Positions 27,574 through 39,190 of a DNA stretch of 64,000 nt are shown piece by piece. Both the position numbers and the translations under genes were made by a program. A model generated the notes under the pieces. It saw nothing but the letters and a program-made list of their open reading frames with translations. It did no database searches and was not told where the DNA came from. The DNA is from Pocillopora damicornis. Lineage: Eukaryota. The first letter of the stretch is position 1. Each line of letters starts with the position of its first letter. The DNA is taken from positions 496,001 through 560,000 of the forward strand of contig NW_020847472.1 of assembly GCF_003704095.1 (NCBI RefSeq). The letters are read 5' to 3'.

Positions 27574-28337
27574 TTAATCCTTCTTTTCCTCTTTTTCCTG
27601 CTCTTTGGATGTTCTCCACAATTCACTAACAAACCTGCCAAAAATGTTTAACATGTGAGAAAGAGCTGAAAATGCTGTTTCACAGACTAAATTAAGAGAG
27701 TAATGGCCCTGTAGAATCTAAAATTTTACAAGGTTTGGTTTTCATGCTTATGAGTTATAACAGCAAGGTATACTCAGCAGCTTGAACAGGTTGAGATCTT
27801 GGTGGTGCCCAGTCCAAATTTGTGGTACTAAAAACTCCTGTACAATCAAATTATCACACAAAGATTTCTGTAATAAATATGCCAGAATTTATCCCAATTT
27901 TTGTCAGAAACAAAGTAGGAAAATGAACTGATTTCTACTCTAATATGGTTAGGATTGAAGGACCCTGGTGGTATATCCCGACCAAAGCCATCCTCAAGTA
28001 GCAGCCCCCTCCCGCTTCCCCCGCTTCCTGGTTGATTTTCAACCAGTCCTGTGGGAAGGCGCTCTTTCTTTGAAGTCCATTGTTTGTAGTGAATATAATT
28101 CATGTGGGTGCAAGAAGTTTCATAAAGTGTACGAACTCCTTTTCATCCTTACCAGTTTATAGATAGAAGAAGGCCGGTACTAAGGATGAGCAGCATCAGC
28201 ACATGGATATTGAAACCAAAACTTATCAAAAGAAATACAAGCACAATCACAAGACACACGAATATGACGTTGATCGCTGTCAGAAGTCCGCTGTTCACAC
28301 CAGGCTCAAATATCGACTGAATCACTGCTTGAAACAT
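27574..28337 (-). CDS. Pkr1-family ER membrane protein (V-ATPase assembly factor-like), 81 aa; exons 28337-28153 and 27634-27574
   Basis: Spliced product MFQAVIQSIFEPGVNSGLLTAINVIFVCLVIVLVFLLISFGFNIHVLMLLILSTGLLLSINW|FVSELWRTSKEQEKEEKKD*. The SIFEPG, NIH and WFxxEL motifs and two TM helices match yeast Pkr1. Confidence 0.8.
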
Positions 28338-29208
28338 CGAGCCGATGTAACAATTTACACGTTATCGCAATTTGCACGCGGCTCAGGGCAATTATGAGGA
28401 AAAGTTAGTAAGAGTGCAAAACACTAGTTTCCTCAGTACTTCAATGCTTCGATAGATTTCTCCCAGGCACTTCATCAGTCCCAGGCCCTTGGGCGTTGGT
28501 AGACCCCAGGCCTTACCAAAAGTTATTGCAATGACGTCACAAGATGATGATGTAAATGTTTGCAACCACCCGATTTGCTGATTGTTATTGCATTGATTTG
28601 CAAAACTTAAGTCCCACTTCATTTAAAGTAGTCTGTAGTGCAATAGAGCTTTTGTCTGATTTTCTTGTAGCGACAGTCCTTGCATTAAGGTATAAAATAG
28701 TTCAGTAAAATGTCCCTTGAAAGTCAAGTGGACAGTAACTCAACAAGTGACATGCCTTTAAAAAGATATTGCCTTTCTTTTCAGTTTTAAGGTATGGTGC
28801 TCTATAGACTGAATTGAGTAATACTGCAGATTACAGGGTACAAGAAAAGAGATTTGGTTTATTTGCATGATACTGATTAACCCTTTACACCCTAACATCA
28901 GTATGCATATTCTCCATACTGTTCTCTTTACTCTTCCTTATGTGCTGACAAGGAGAATTTGTTTAACAATCAAGAGCTTCTTTAGTAAGTGATCATTATC
29001 TTTATTCTCATGACTATAATGTGTCATTCAGAGGTGATATTGTAAGGAGAAATTAGATGATAATCACTCTTTGGAGTCAAAGGGGTTAACACTGTTCTCA
29101 AAATGGAAAGGATTCATAAGCCATCTTCACAGACCTTTAAACAAGTATTGAACTGTGGATGAAATTATATTTTACATGTTATTCAAACTGGCTTTATATA
29201 AATCATAT

Positions 29209-31236
29209 TCAATAACTGTGAAGAGGTGTCTGAAAGCCAACTTTTGCACTGTATGAAACATCTACTGTCAATTCCACAGGCTGCCCCAAAGCATCTTCCA
29301 AATCTGGTAAAACAAATTGTCTCAACTGTTCCAATTTTTCCATTACACATCTCCGCTGGCTCTTTGTGCGGCAGTATAGCTTGTGATGAATTCTCCAATG
29401 GCCCTCTCTGGCTTCGCACAATACATTCACCTGAAAGTGACAAGATCAATGGGATATGAAACAAAAATGTTATGTAAATCATGGATGAACAGGGCTCCAA
29501 GTTAAAGTTGTTTTTTTTTCTTTAATTCACCAATCAAGCACCTCGAACCTTTAGCTCCCAGAAGTGATAAATATGTAACTTCTCCCTTTAATATCCATAC
29601 ATAATACAGCAAACAAGTGATGAGACCACTCCAACTTATCAGGTCGAAGTTGTTCTCTTGATGTCACAGAAAATACTCATAACTAATTAAAAGGAAATGT
29701 GTAGTAGCTAGAATCAGATCTTGGCAGTTTAAGGGTTAAATTATGACATGGTCACCAGAAATATTGAGTTGCAAAACCAAAAACAAAAAACAAAGAAAAA
29801 GAATAAACATTTAAAAAAATGGAAAAGGAAATTTTGTGCAAGATCAAATACTATTTTTGGTAAACATTTATCAAACTACAACTTTTGACCATAAACTTTA
29901 TGCTTGATTATCACATGAAAGTTGTCAGATTGGCAATTTTTGTAAAAGAGAATGATAATGGTAAATTTTCAAAGCACATTCTGTATAGAAATATGCTCTA
30001 ATGCACTTTACAACACTTTGCAGGGGACTCTAGCCAGAGTGCATTGACCATGAGTGTTTGTCCAAGCTGGGTTTTGAACCCTCGACCTCCTGCATGACAG
30101 TCCATCACTCTATAACCAGAGCTAACCAGGCTGCAGTATTACATACCCTTTACTTCCCCTGGGAACATAAATGATTGCACCTTGGAGTGCTGGTAAATTG
30201 CAGGGTATCTACTTTATAAAACTATCACATGATTTGTTAATAAGCAAAGATGACCACAGGGTCCTGATTAACAACCTACCTGCCTGATCTGCCATGGTAT
30301 TTCATGTTCATACAACTGCAAAATTTTCTCTCTAAAAATTTCATGCATTATCTGTTCAAAGTTCTGGTCTGTGGCTGTATCAGCAGGAAAAAGCCAATCA
30401 GCAGGCTTTGCTTTAACAGCGAAATATTTCTTGAGATCGTCGATCCCATCTCCAGTTCTGGCCGAGACCATGAATACATGCTCAAACCCACTCCACCCAC
30501 CCTCGTCTTTGTAACCCCATTCATCCTTTTCACGGTCATGCACTAAGACTGTGGCTATATCAAGTAATCTGGTCTTTACTTTGACAACATCGATCTTGTT
30601 TAAGATCAGAACTGACGGCAAGTCTGTGTGATTCTCCAAGTTGGTTAGAATTGTTTCGGGAATTACCATACTCCTTTTCCTGTCAGCAGCATCAATTAAA
30701 ACAGCTATTACATCAGCGTCATGCAGTGCATCACTTGGAGCTCGCATGTGCTCACGGGTCATTTTCAACCGTCTAGCCGTTGGGATGTTTACAATTCCTG
30801 GTGTATCTAGCAGTACTATTTGAGCATCGCCGAGTGCGAACACTCCAGTTGTCTGCCTACGTGTGGTATGAGGGACTGCTGTAACCGCAGAGATCTTGTC
30901 CCCAATTAAACAATTTGTTAACGTCGATTTTCCACTGTTTGCCTCTCCTATAATCGCCACTTTTAGTAGCCTTGTTTGTGGCAAACCTTTATTCTTTGAG
31001 TTACTTTTTAAGTCGTTCTTGTTTGTAACACTTCGATCTGCAGTTCGATCTGTTTCCACGTCTAGATTAGAATCACTTGCCAAACTCCTATGGCCCAGAA
31101 GAAAGAACCTTTCGACGTAATTCTGCGTTTGGACAACACTGCTCGAATACTTTTGCGGATTTAAGAGAGCAAAGACATTCCCTGTCCAGATGGACCCCAT
31201 TTTTCTGCCACAACTCAACCACGTGCGGGCCGCCAT
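29209..31236 (-). CDS. ERAL1: Mitochondrial GTPase Era; exons 31236-30280 and 29430-29209
   Basis: Basic N-terminal transit-like peptide, G1 GEANSGKS, G2 HTTR, G3 DTPG, G4 NKID, G5 VSARTG, and the Era linker EIFREKILQLYEHEIPW. Exon 2 supplies the C-terminal KH-like domain. Confidence 0.93.
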
Positions 31237-31553
31237 GTTTGTGTTTATTCTGGCTTAGTCCTCCTCAACTTTTGATCAAAGGGCGCCTCAGCTCGCTAAA
31301 CTAACGATCAGGAGCCTTCGATTCGAAAGTTTTGGAATTTATGCGAGAAGGAAATCAATTTAGGGCGTGAATTTACATTTTTCATAAATTCGAGGGGTTT
31401 AAACTACGTCTGCAAACGACGCATCTTTAGAAAGTGAGTTAAGATGAGCATATTTTAATGCAAACATTTTTTGACCCAAGGGATTTCCAAATCAGTCTTG
31501 TAGGCTAAAACACAATGAAGATCTCAAGTATGAAAGACTGATCGTCGTAGAAG

Positions 31554-34500
31554 ATGAGTATCAACAGGATAGCGATAAGGACAAACAAAGGAAGTTATAT
31601 CGGTGGAGAAAAGATTTACGGGTAAGAATCAGTCTTTTCTTGTTGTTCTTGTAGAACTCGTTTCGCACCTTAAATTTGTCAATAATAGACCAAATTAACA
31701 TATCAAGGTGCCTCAATTTAAATCTCAGTCTTTTCTGAGATTTAAATTTACTGGTCAATCTTAGCCGTGTATTAGTTTTCGTTTCGAAGCTGTATTTGTT
31801 TGCGTCATGCCGAAATTCATCACGCAAATGTCGAAAGTTTGGCAAGTTCATACTTTCAGCATTTGATTCGGCACCTCTGTCGATAAGGAGCAAATTGCCC
31901 AAACACGTCACTTACAGGAAGTAGATGGTAGTGGAACGAAGGGAGAGAGGGCTGAAATTTCAAAGCGGAGAGGATGGTGCTCGGTAAGATTTCTACACAG
32001 CCACATACCATAATCGTAAAAAAGAAGCTCTTTTCTCAAAAGCAATCTATAGTTTTTGCCATTTTTTCCTCTATCCAAGAACTGTATGCATAGTGGAACT
32101 GTGCAGAAATTTTTCTTGGTGCTCAAATGAGGATTGTGTTCACATTAGAAAAAAAAAATGAGATTAACACTGCTCGTACATCCCTGCCCTCCCACCAAAG
32201 GTAAAAATGTTTCTGGAACAACGTGGATTCCTAAAAAAGCATTAGGACCCTGGAATTTAATCTAGCAAGGGGAACAAAAAACTGAAAGGTCATTAGAACA
32301 ATTAAGATCATTTTCATATTTTCCTCAGATCTACAGAGTGATTAATCGGGGAGTGACCAGGATATAATTTCTCCTTAGATTATCAATACAGTATCATGAA
32401 GACAAGTGATGAGAATAAATAAAATATTAATTGAGGGATTATTGGTTGATCTAACATCAAATTCTCCAAAATGACATTATATAGTGTAAGGGTTAAATAG
32501 CTAATTAATTTCTCCCAGAAGTGATTAACATGTAACTTCTCCCTATAATATCCATACATTATTCAGCAAACAGGTGATGAGAATAGTCAAACTCATCAGT
32601 TACAAGATATTACCTTGATCAAACACCAAATTCTTATAACTAATGTACAAAGAAATGTGTAGCTGCTAGAAGGGAGAATTAACAATCAGATCTTGGGAGT
32701 TTAAGGGTTAAATAATGTTTATCAATTGATTTTTTTTCAGGACTGTGTATCTATGGATTTGTAGCACTGATCCATGCAGAGGAGTGAAACTGAAATTCAG
32801 GGGATATGAAAAATGTAAGCTGTGACAATAAAATTTGTACTTTCTTTAAATTTTTAACTCTGGATCTTATCATGTGCAAAAGATGAAAAACAACTCAAAC
32901 AAAACCATTAACCCTTCAGTCCCTAAAAGTGAAAAGGTTTTAATTCCTCTTGACAATCTATCCCTTAAATCAAATTTTTAAATCCCAAGAATAAAGGAAA
33001 TGATTGGCAACTAACAAAGGTCTTGATGGTTTTACAAATTCTCCTTGTTAGAACCTAGGAAATGTATAGAGAACAGTATGGAGAATATGCATTATGATGT
33101 TAGGGTTGAAGTGTCATTATGGCCAATATATTAAGTGCCTAAAATTTTGCTACTTAACAAGCAAAGCCTAAATAAACAAATATAAATTTAACTTTGGGTC
33201 ATTCAGTACTGACATTTTGTTGCTCCTCTTTACTCCTATATTATTGCCCTGTTCTGGCATGTAATATTGTGGTATATTTTGAATATGGTGTAATTGTGCA
33301 ATGATCATATTCATAATTTAGCAATTTGGTTTTCAGGTGAATGGGAATTTCGAGAAATACAGCAAGACGTAGAAACTCAGTTACCAGTTGAGAAGATAGG
33401 AACCAAAAATTCAAGGAGAGATATGTTCAGAGCTGAACTGCGACTCATTGAATATCCTGGTAACATTTTACATTGTAGCTTAGAAAACACATTTTCAACA
33501 AAATTAAGATACAAAAACATGTTGAAGAGATGTCCAAATTATGGGGAAGGTGACCACATGTTTAACCCTTTACAACTCAATATCAACATGTGTTTTCTCA
33601 CAGCCTGTTTGCTTGCAACTGTGTTGATATTAGAAAGAGAATTTATTTCTTGATCACCTTTGGGAGTCAGCCCTTTGAACCCTAAGAGTGAATAACTTAG
33701 AATAATGGAAATGGTTATTATTGAAAGAAGTTTTTGATTGTTTGATAAATTCTCCCAGTCAGCACTTTAGAAAATATATAGAGAAGTCAGTACAGAGTAT
33801 ATGCAATCTTAATTATGTAAGGATGTAAAGGAGTAAGGTCAACATTTTCAAATTGTCTCTATCCTCTCAAGTTCAATGCCTCTAGCTTCAGTCAGTTTAT
33901 CTTGTCTAGGTTCTCCAACAGACTTAATGGTCATCCATTTGAAGGCCTCACAATAAATTGTTCACCAACTTTAATTTTTCTATTTTAGATGGAATACCTA
34001 TGGGCTGCTATGCTTATCCCTTCCATTACACACTGCAACAAGGCTTACCAGGTAGGGAACAAATTATTTTGATTGTGATAAGGTTGATAGTTGCTCAGAA
34101 TAGGGAGAAATTTAAAGTACTCCTAACAGCAGTTGAACGTAGCTTTACTATGTTACCTTCTGATCAGTGATTCCATAGATCTTGGACTAAGCCATTTAAG
34201 ATTAATATGGATTTAGAGGCTCCTCTTTCCCATGATTGTTATTTTCAGTAAGATGTTGTTCTCAGAGGTCTAGAGGGGAGTGTGATTTGGATACTTTCTA
34301 GAGTAAAACATCAACAGTATAACAGCAGGGTGCAGTAACTGCGATTAGATAAAGAGCCTTACAATTGATTCTTGAGAGTTGTACTCTAAAGACTTGTCAA
34401 CAGTGGTGATGGTAATAGATTTCAAACTTTGAATGACTGTCACTATTTCTTATGGTTACTAACTACTAAATTTGGTTTTTTTATCGGCAGGATCATTTGA

Positions 34501-37500
34501 GGGTGAAGGAAATCAAGCTAATGGGGACAAATGGAAGGCCAAGATTGTGTATAAAGTGATAGCTGAGGTTGATAGACCTGGATCAGGGGAAGTTCTTGAG
34601 GTCTGACAAAGTCCAAATACAATAAGTGGTTCTAAATTCATCAATCTTTTTACCTTCTGGAACCTTTTTTGTTATAATTTCCATTTCAAAAGAAATGGTC
34701 CTCTTTAACCCTTTAACTCCCAAGATCTGATTGTTAATTCTCCCCACTACCTGCTATAGATTTCCTGGTAAATTAGGTACCAGAATGTAGTGTAAGATCA
34801 GGATAACATTTTCTATCTGGAGAGAGTTAAGTTGGAGTATTCTCTGTACCAGTTTGCTAGATAATGAAGGAATATTGTAGGGAGGAGTCATATGTTAATC
34901 AATTCTAAGAGTTGAAGGGTTTAAGGATTTTTTTAATGCAGTTATGAGCCATGATCATTTCTTTAACATTCTATCCATTTTTTTCAGGCTTCACAGGTCA
35001 TCACAGTTAATGAAAATCTTCCCCTGACATCAGTCGAGCCTGAAGTTTTCACAGATCGCAGAACTGTGAAAATTTGTTGCTGTATTCCAAAAGGGGATGT
35101 TTTGCTTAATGCTTGGTATGTTTACTAAGGGGGTAACATATTTTGTGTTCATTCAGGTGGGATATACACATGATGCCAGCAAGCATGCATACATCTGTAA
35201 ACGTAAGCCAACACCATAACTTGTTCAGGGTTCTCAATAATGCAGGGGGTACTTGGCCAGCTGCTTGGAGAAAATGGCTAACAATTCAAGAGGTGCTTCC
35301 CAGGGTCTTGAGAGCATTTTCCTGCACAGAAAAATTATTTTTGAAATGTAGAGGCTCTGAAATGCTATTTTATCTAAGTGTATGCTACAAAATTAACTTG
35401 TAGATGGAGTTGTTTCTGATCTGGTTTTCTTTGATCAAAGGTTGGACAAGAAGGTGTACACATCAGGAGAAACAGCTTCCCTTCATATTGATGTTAAGAA
35501 CAATTCCAATGTTGACATCGATTCATTTATTGTTAAGGTAACTTCTGTTCTGCCGAAAGTTTTCCTCTTGTCCTATTAAGGTTTTTTTATTGGGTAATTC
35601 TGGCATGTGATAACCTTGACTTAGCCCTTTCACTCACATGATCTCTTAAGTAATTCTCCCTACTATCTGCCAAACACTGCTTATAGTTTTAGTTTGGAGA
35701 ATTTGGTATTCAATCAAATGATAATCTATTAATTTGTATTTTTCTATATTCTTATCACTTGTTCACTTGAGATCGTGTTGATATTTACCGGGTTACCGGT
35801 AACCCTTTCACTCACATGAATTTCACCTTACAATATCAATGCCATATCAAACAGAAAAGTGATGAGAATAAAGAAAAGTATCAATTAGGGGATTGTTAGT
35901 TGATCCAATGCCAAATTCTCCAAACTCACTTCTTGAGAGTTGTATAGCAGACAGTAAGAAGAATCACTAATGAGATACTAATAAGATCTTGGGTGTGAAA
36001 GGATTTAATCTATGTTTTAGTTTTCTATAGTATGTTTTTAAATTTGTTTTCATTTATATCTTGTACTATTTGCTTTCATGTTAGCTTTTTAGAGTGGTAA
36101 ACCTAAAACCTCAGGAGAAAGATCTTTCGTCATCTGTAAGCAGCCAAGATAGCAGAGCAACTGTCATGACAAGGAGTCCATGTGTTGTAGAAAGCATGAA
36201 GGAGAAGTCACTGGATGGTTGTCAGGGAAAACAGCTGAGAAACATGTAGGACTTATAATCCTGGAAATGTTAAGACAAATTAATCAGAGAAAGTGCTTCA
36301 AAATAATTTATAACTCTTTGTCAATTGTGATAGAAGGTTGGTGCCATTAACTAAGAAGGCCAGAAATCCCCTCACCAAGGACAAGAAGGAGGTCACCATG
36401 GAGACTGAGTTACAACCTGTGTCCAGGCACCTGTCCACACAGCAGCAACAAACCAGTGAATGGCATGGACACTTGCTCAAAAGTGGGGGGGAGGAGGGGG
36501 AAGGGGGCAGGAAGGGAGGGGAAACTAAACACACTTTGGTAGCATAGCAAACCAAGTGGAGCCTACTGCAGTGACTTACTTTTAACCCTTCTTTAAGTTC
36601 TTTTAGCCTCATTTGATTTTCATTATGTGACATACTATAATTTCTTTTTCTTCTCCAGGGAAGTACCCCTTGAACTTTGGAAAGAGTCTTCACGGGAAGA
36701 ATTTCAACCATCTACTAGTGGTCAAATTATAAAGGTAATCCAGCTTAACCATCAAGGTGCAATTTTCGGTAAAGGTAAAGAATCTGATCCTACCGACGCA
36801 TCTGCCAACGCATCGGCCAATGCGTCGGCCGACGCATTGACCAACATGTTGGCTGACACACCACCGACACACTACCAACCCATTGGCTAATGCATCGGTG
36901 GGATCAGATTCTTTACCTTTACCTGATAATCACATAGTTAAGTTGTTTGATAATTGTTTGTTTTTCCTTTCATGTGTTTGTTTGTTTGTTTGTTGCACAA
37001 AGATGTTGACCCTTTCACTCCCAGAAGTGATTAACTTGTAACTTCTCCCTATAATATCCATGCGATATCCAATAATAAGGTGACGAGAACACTCAAACTT
37101 ATCAGGTAGAAAATGTTAACTTGATCTAACACCAAATTCTTGTAGCTTATTCACAAGCAAATGTGTAGCAGCCAAAGGGGAGAATTAACAATCAGATCTT
37201 GGGAGTTTAAGGGTTAAATCAGTCTACTGCCAGGTCAGTCAAGCAACTGACATATAATTTAGTGGTTACTGTAACAGTAAACAGGTGCTCATTTTGCTTT
37301 TTTTTCATCCTCCAAGAGTACATACCATGTTGATGTTGAGATAGCCATCAGATGGGCAGTTCCAATCTCTGCTCAGTTGCCAATCACTTTGCGATCACCA
37401 CCCAGTCAATCTGTGAGTACTTAAAAAAAAATAAGTGCACAACATTGCACAGACAATGACTGTTATTATACATTAGAGTTACTATGACTATGATATGAGT

Positions 37501-38023
37501 TACTTTGATTGGCTAAGAGCATACTGTTAATATACAATTTTATAACATAGCCAGCAGAGCTGCACAATCAAATTCAGTATACGTAAGCGTGCTCAAAATC
37601 CCAATAGTGCACGCTGATAGCGTGAGCAAATCACTTCACCAGAAATTTTTTTTTTTCAGAGAGGCCATTATTAGCGCAGGTAAAATAATATATTTCACGA
37701 CAATAATTGATACAAACAGAGACTCGGCCCACCAGTCCCAAAACGAAGACAATTTTCTGACCTTTTCCCTTGGGCTAGAGTTCCTAAATGAGGCAGAAAA
37801 TGAGAGAAACAATTGGAAAGGAGACTCCATGAACAATCACTTCTGATATTGTTGTCCGTTTTTTGCATCAGATTTGATGCACAATTCCACTGGCTATGTT
37901 ATTAAAACAATTGGTTCATGCTTTTAGCTGTGCACTATTGAGTTATGGAGCACATGGGAAGTTTGGAGAGCACTCAAGAAGCTAGATTTGTCCTTGGCTA
38001 TTGCCTTGGGCAACTCTTATGCT

Positions 38024-38055
<32 letters not shown>

Positions 38056-39190
38056 CAGAACTCGATAGTACATGCTGAAAGCATGAACCAATTGTTTTAT
38101 AACATAGCCAGTGGAATTGTGCATCAAATCCGACGTGAAAAACGGACCAACCAATTGTTAAATAGTATGTGAAGTTGTTGACATGATAACCCAATATCTG
38201 CAGCAGATACTGGGCTACATTTTTATGAGTCTATTCAGTAATAGATCACAGATGGGATCAAAATGTGGTAACAAAAAGGGTCTTCAGTGATCTTATACTG
38301 AACATATGCAGGCTAACATGGTATTAAAAAGGAACTAAAGTTTGTTAATTCTATGTCATCTGTGCATCTGCCTGCCAATATATCACAAGAATTAGACCCA
38401 ATCAAAGTGCATAATAAATGTTAATATCAATTTGGTATTGTAAACTGAGTTGATAACATAAATTGCCCACTGTTAAGAGTTTAAAAGCTGATGTTTTAAA
38501 TGTTAGCTCTTTGTCAGAGTGAATGACAAAGGGCTAACACTCAAAATATGAGCTTTGAAACTCTTAAAGGTGGCCAATTTACATTATCACCTTAGCTGAT
38601 AATACCAAATTACCTTCAGTTGTTATACTCTCCCACCAATGCAGCACCACAGTTTCTTTAGAAAGTTACCCCCTTTATGTGCAACTATAAAATTCAGCTT
38701 TTTATATGAACGCAAATAGATTCTGACGTGATGTTAACTGTGTTTATCTTATAGTGGAATGAATGGGAACCACCTCCCTGGGTGTACAACTGCAGAGTCA
38801 TAAAAATCACTGGTCCCTGTTCTGTTCCCGAGCATTTATTAGGTTTGTTAAAACTCTAACCTTCAAACTCCCATTAGTGACCAAGACAGAATATCTTCCT
38901 ACAATATCAATACAATATCAAGCAGACAAGTGATGAGAATAAAGAAAATTATCAATTATGGGATTATAAGTTGATCCAGTACCAAATTCTGCAAACTAAA
39001 ATCATAAGAACTGTATGGCAGACAGTAAGGAGAATTACTAATGAGATCGTGGGAGTTAGAGAGTTAAGTTAAAATGTGATGTCTATCTCACACTAAACAA
39101 CAAACTGAGAGAAAATTTGTTTATCTTTTCTTCACTTTAGGTTCCAAATTGTTTGTCAACATTCCTGGTATTCAGGCAGATCCCTTCTGA
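31554..39190 (+). CDS. Arrestin domain-containing protein (alpha-arrestin-like); exons 31554-31621, 32741-32814, 33337-33459, 33989-34051, 34491-34600, 34988-35115, 35441-35537, 36085-36245, 36659-36734, 37317-37412, 38755-38842, 39141-39190
   Basis: All exons splice in frame with GT-AG boundaries. Arrestin_N motifs: YIGGEKIYGTVYL, GVKLKFRGYE, GCYAYPFHYTLQQGLPGSFEG, KIVYKVIAEVDRPG. Arrestin_C motifs: KICCCIPKG, LDKKVYTSGETASLHIDVKNNS, PSTSGQII, YHVDVEI. Confidence 0.85.
36768..36923. mobile_element. Small MITE with ~29-bp TIRs and an internal 12-bp tandem array
   Basis: Termini ggtaaaggtaaagaatctgatcctaccga / tcggtgggatcagattctttacctttacc, with internal ccgacgcatcgg-like units. Confidence 0.7.
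37850..38151. repeat. ~300-bp imperfect palindrome (fold-back MITE-like) in arrestin intron 10
   Basis: The left arm gatttgatgcacaattccactggctatgttat...aaacaattggttcatgc...ggagcacatgggaagtttggagagcac is mirrored by gtgctctccaaacttcccacgtgctcc...gcatgaaccaattgttttataacatagccagtggaattgtgcatcaaatc. Confidence 0.8.

Noticed and set aside
36780-36900. Short tandem repeats resembling a CRISPR array or a coding ASAN repeat
   Set aside because: These are 12-bp units without unique spacers, enclosed by TIRs in an intron, so it is a MITE interior.
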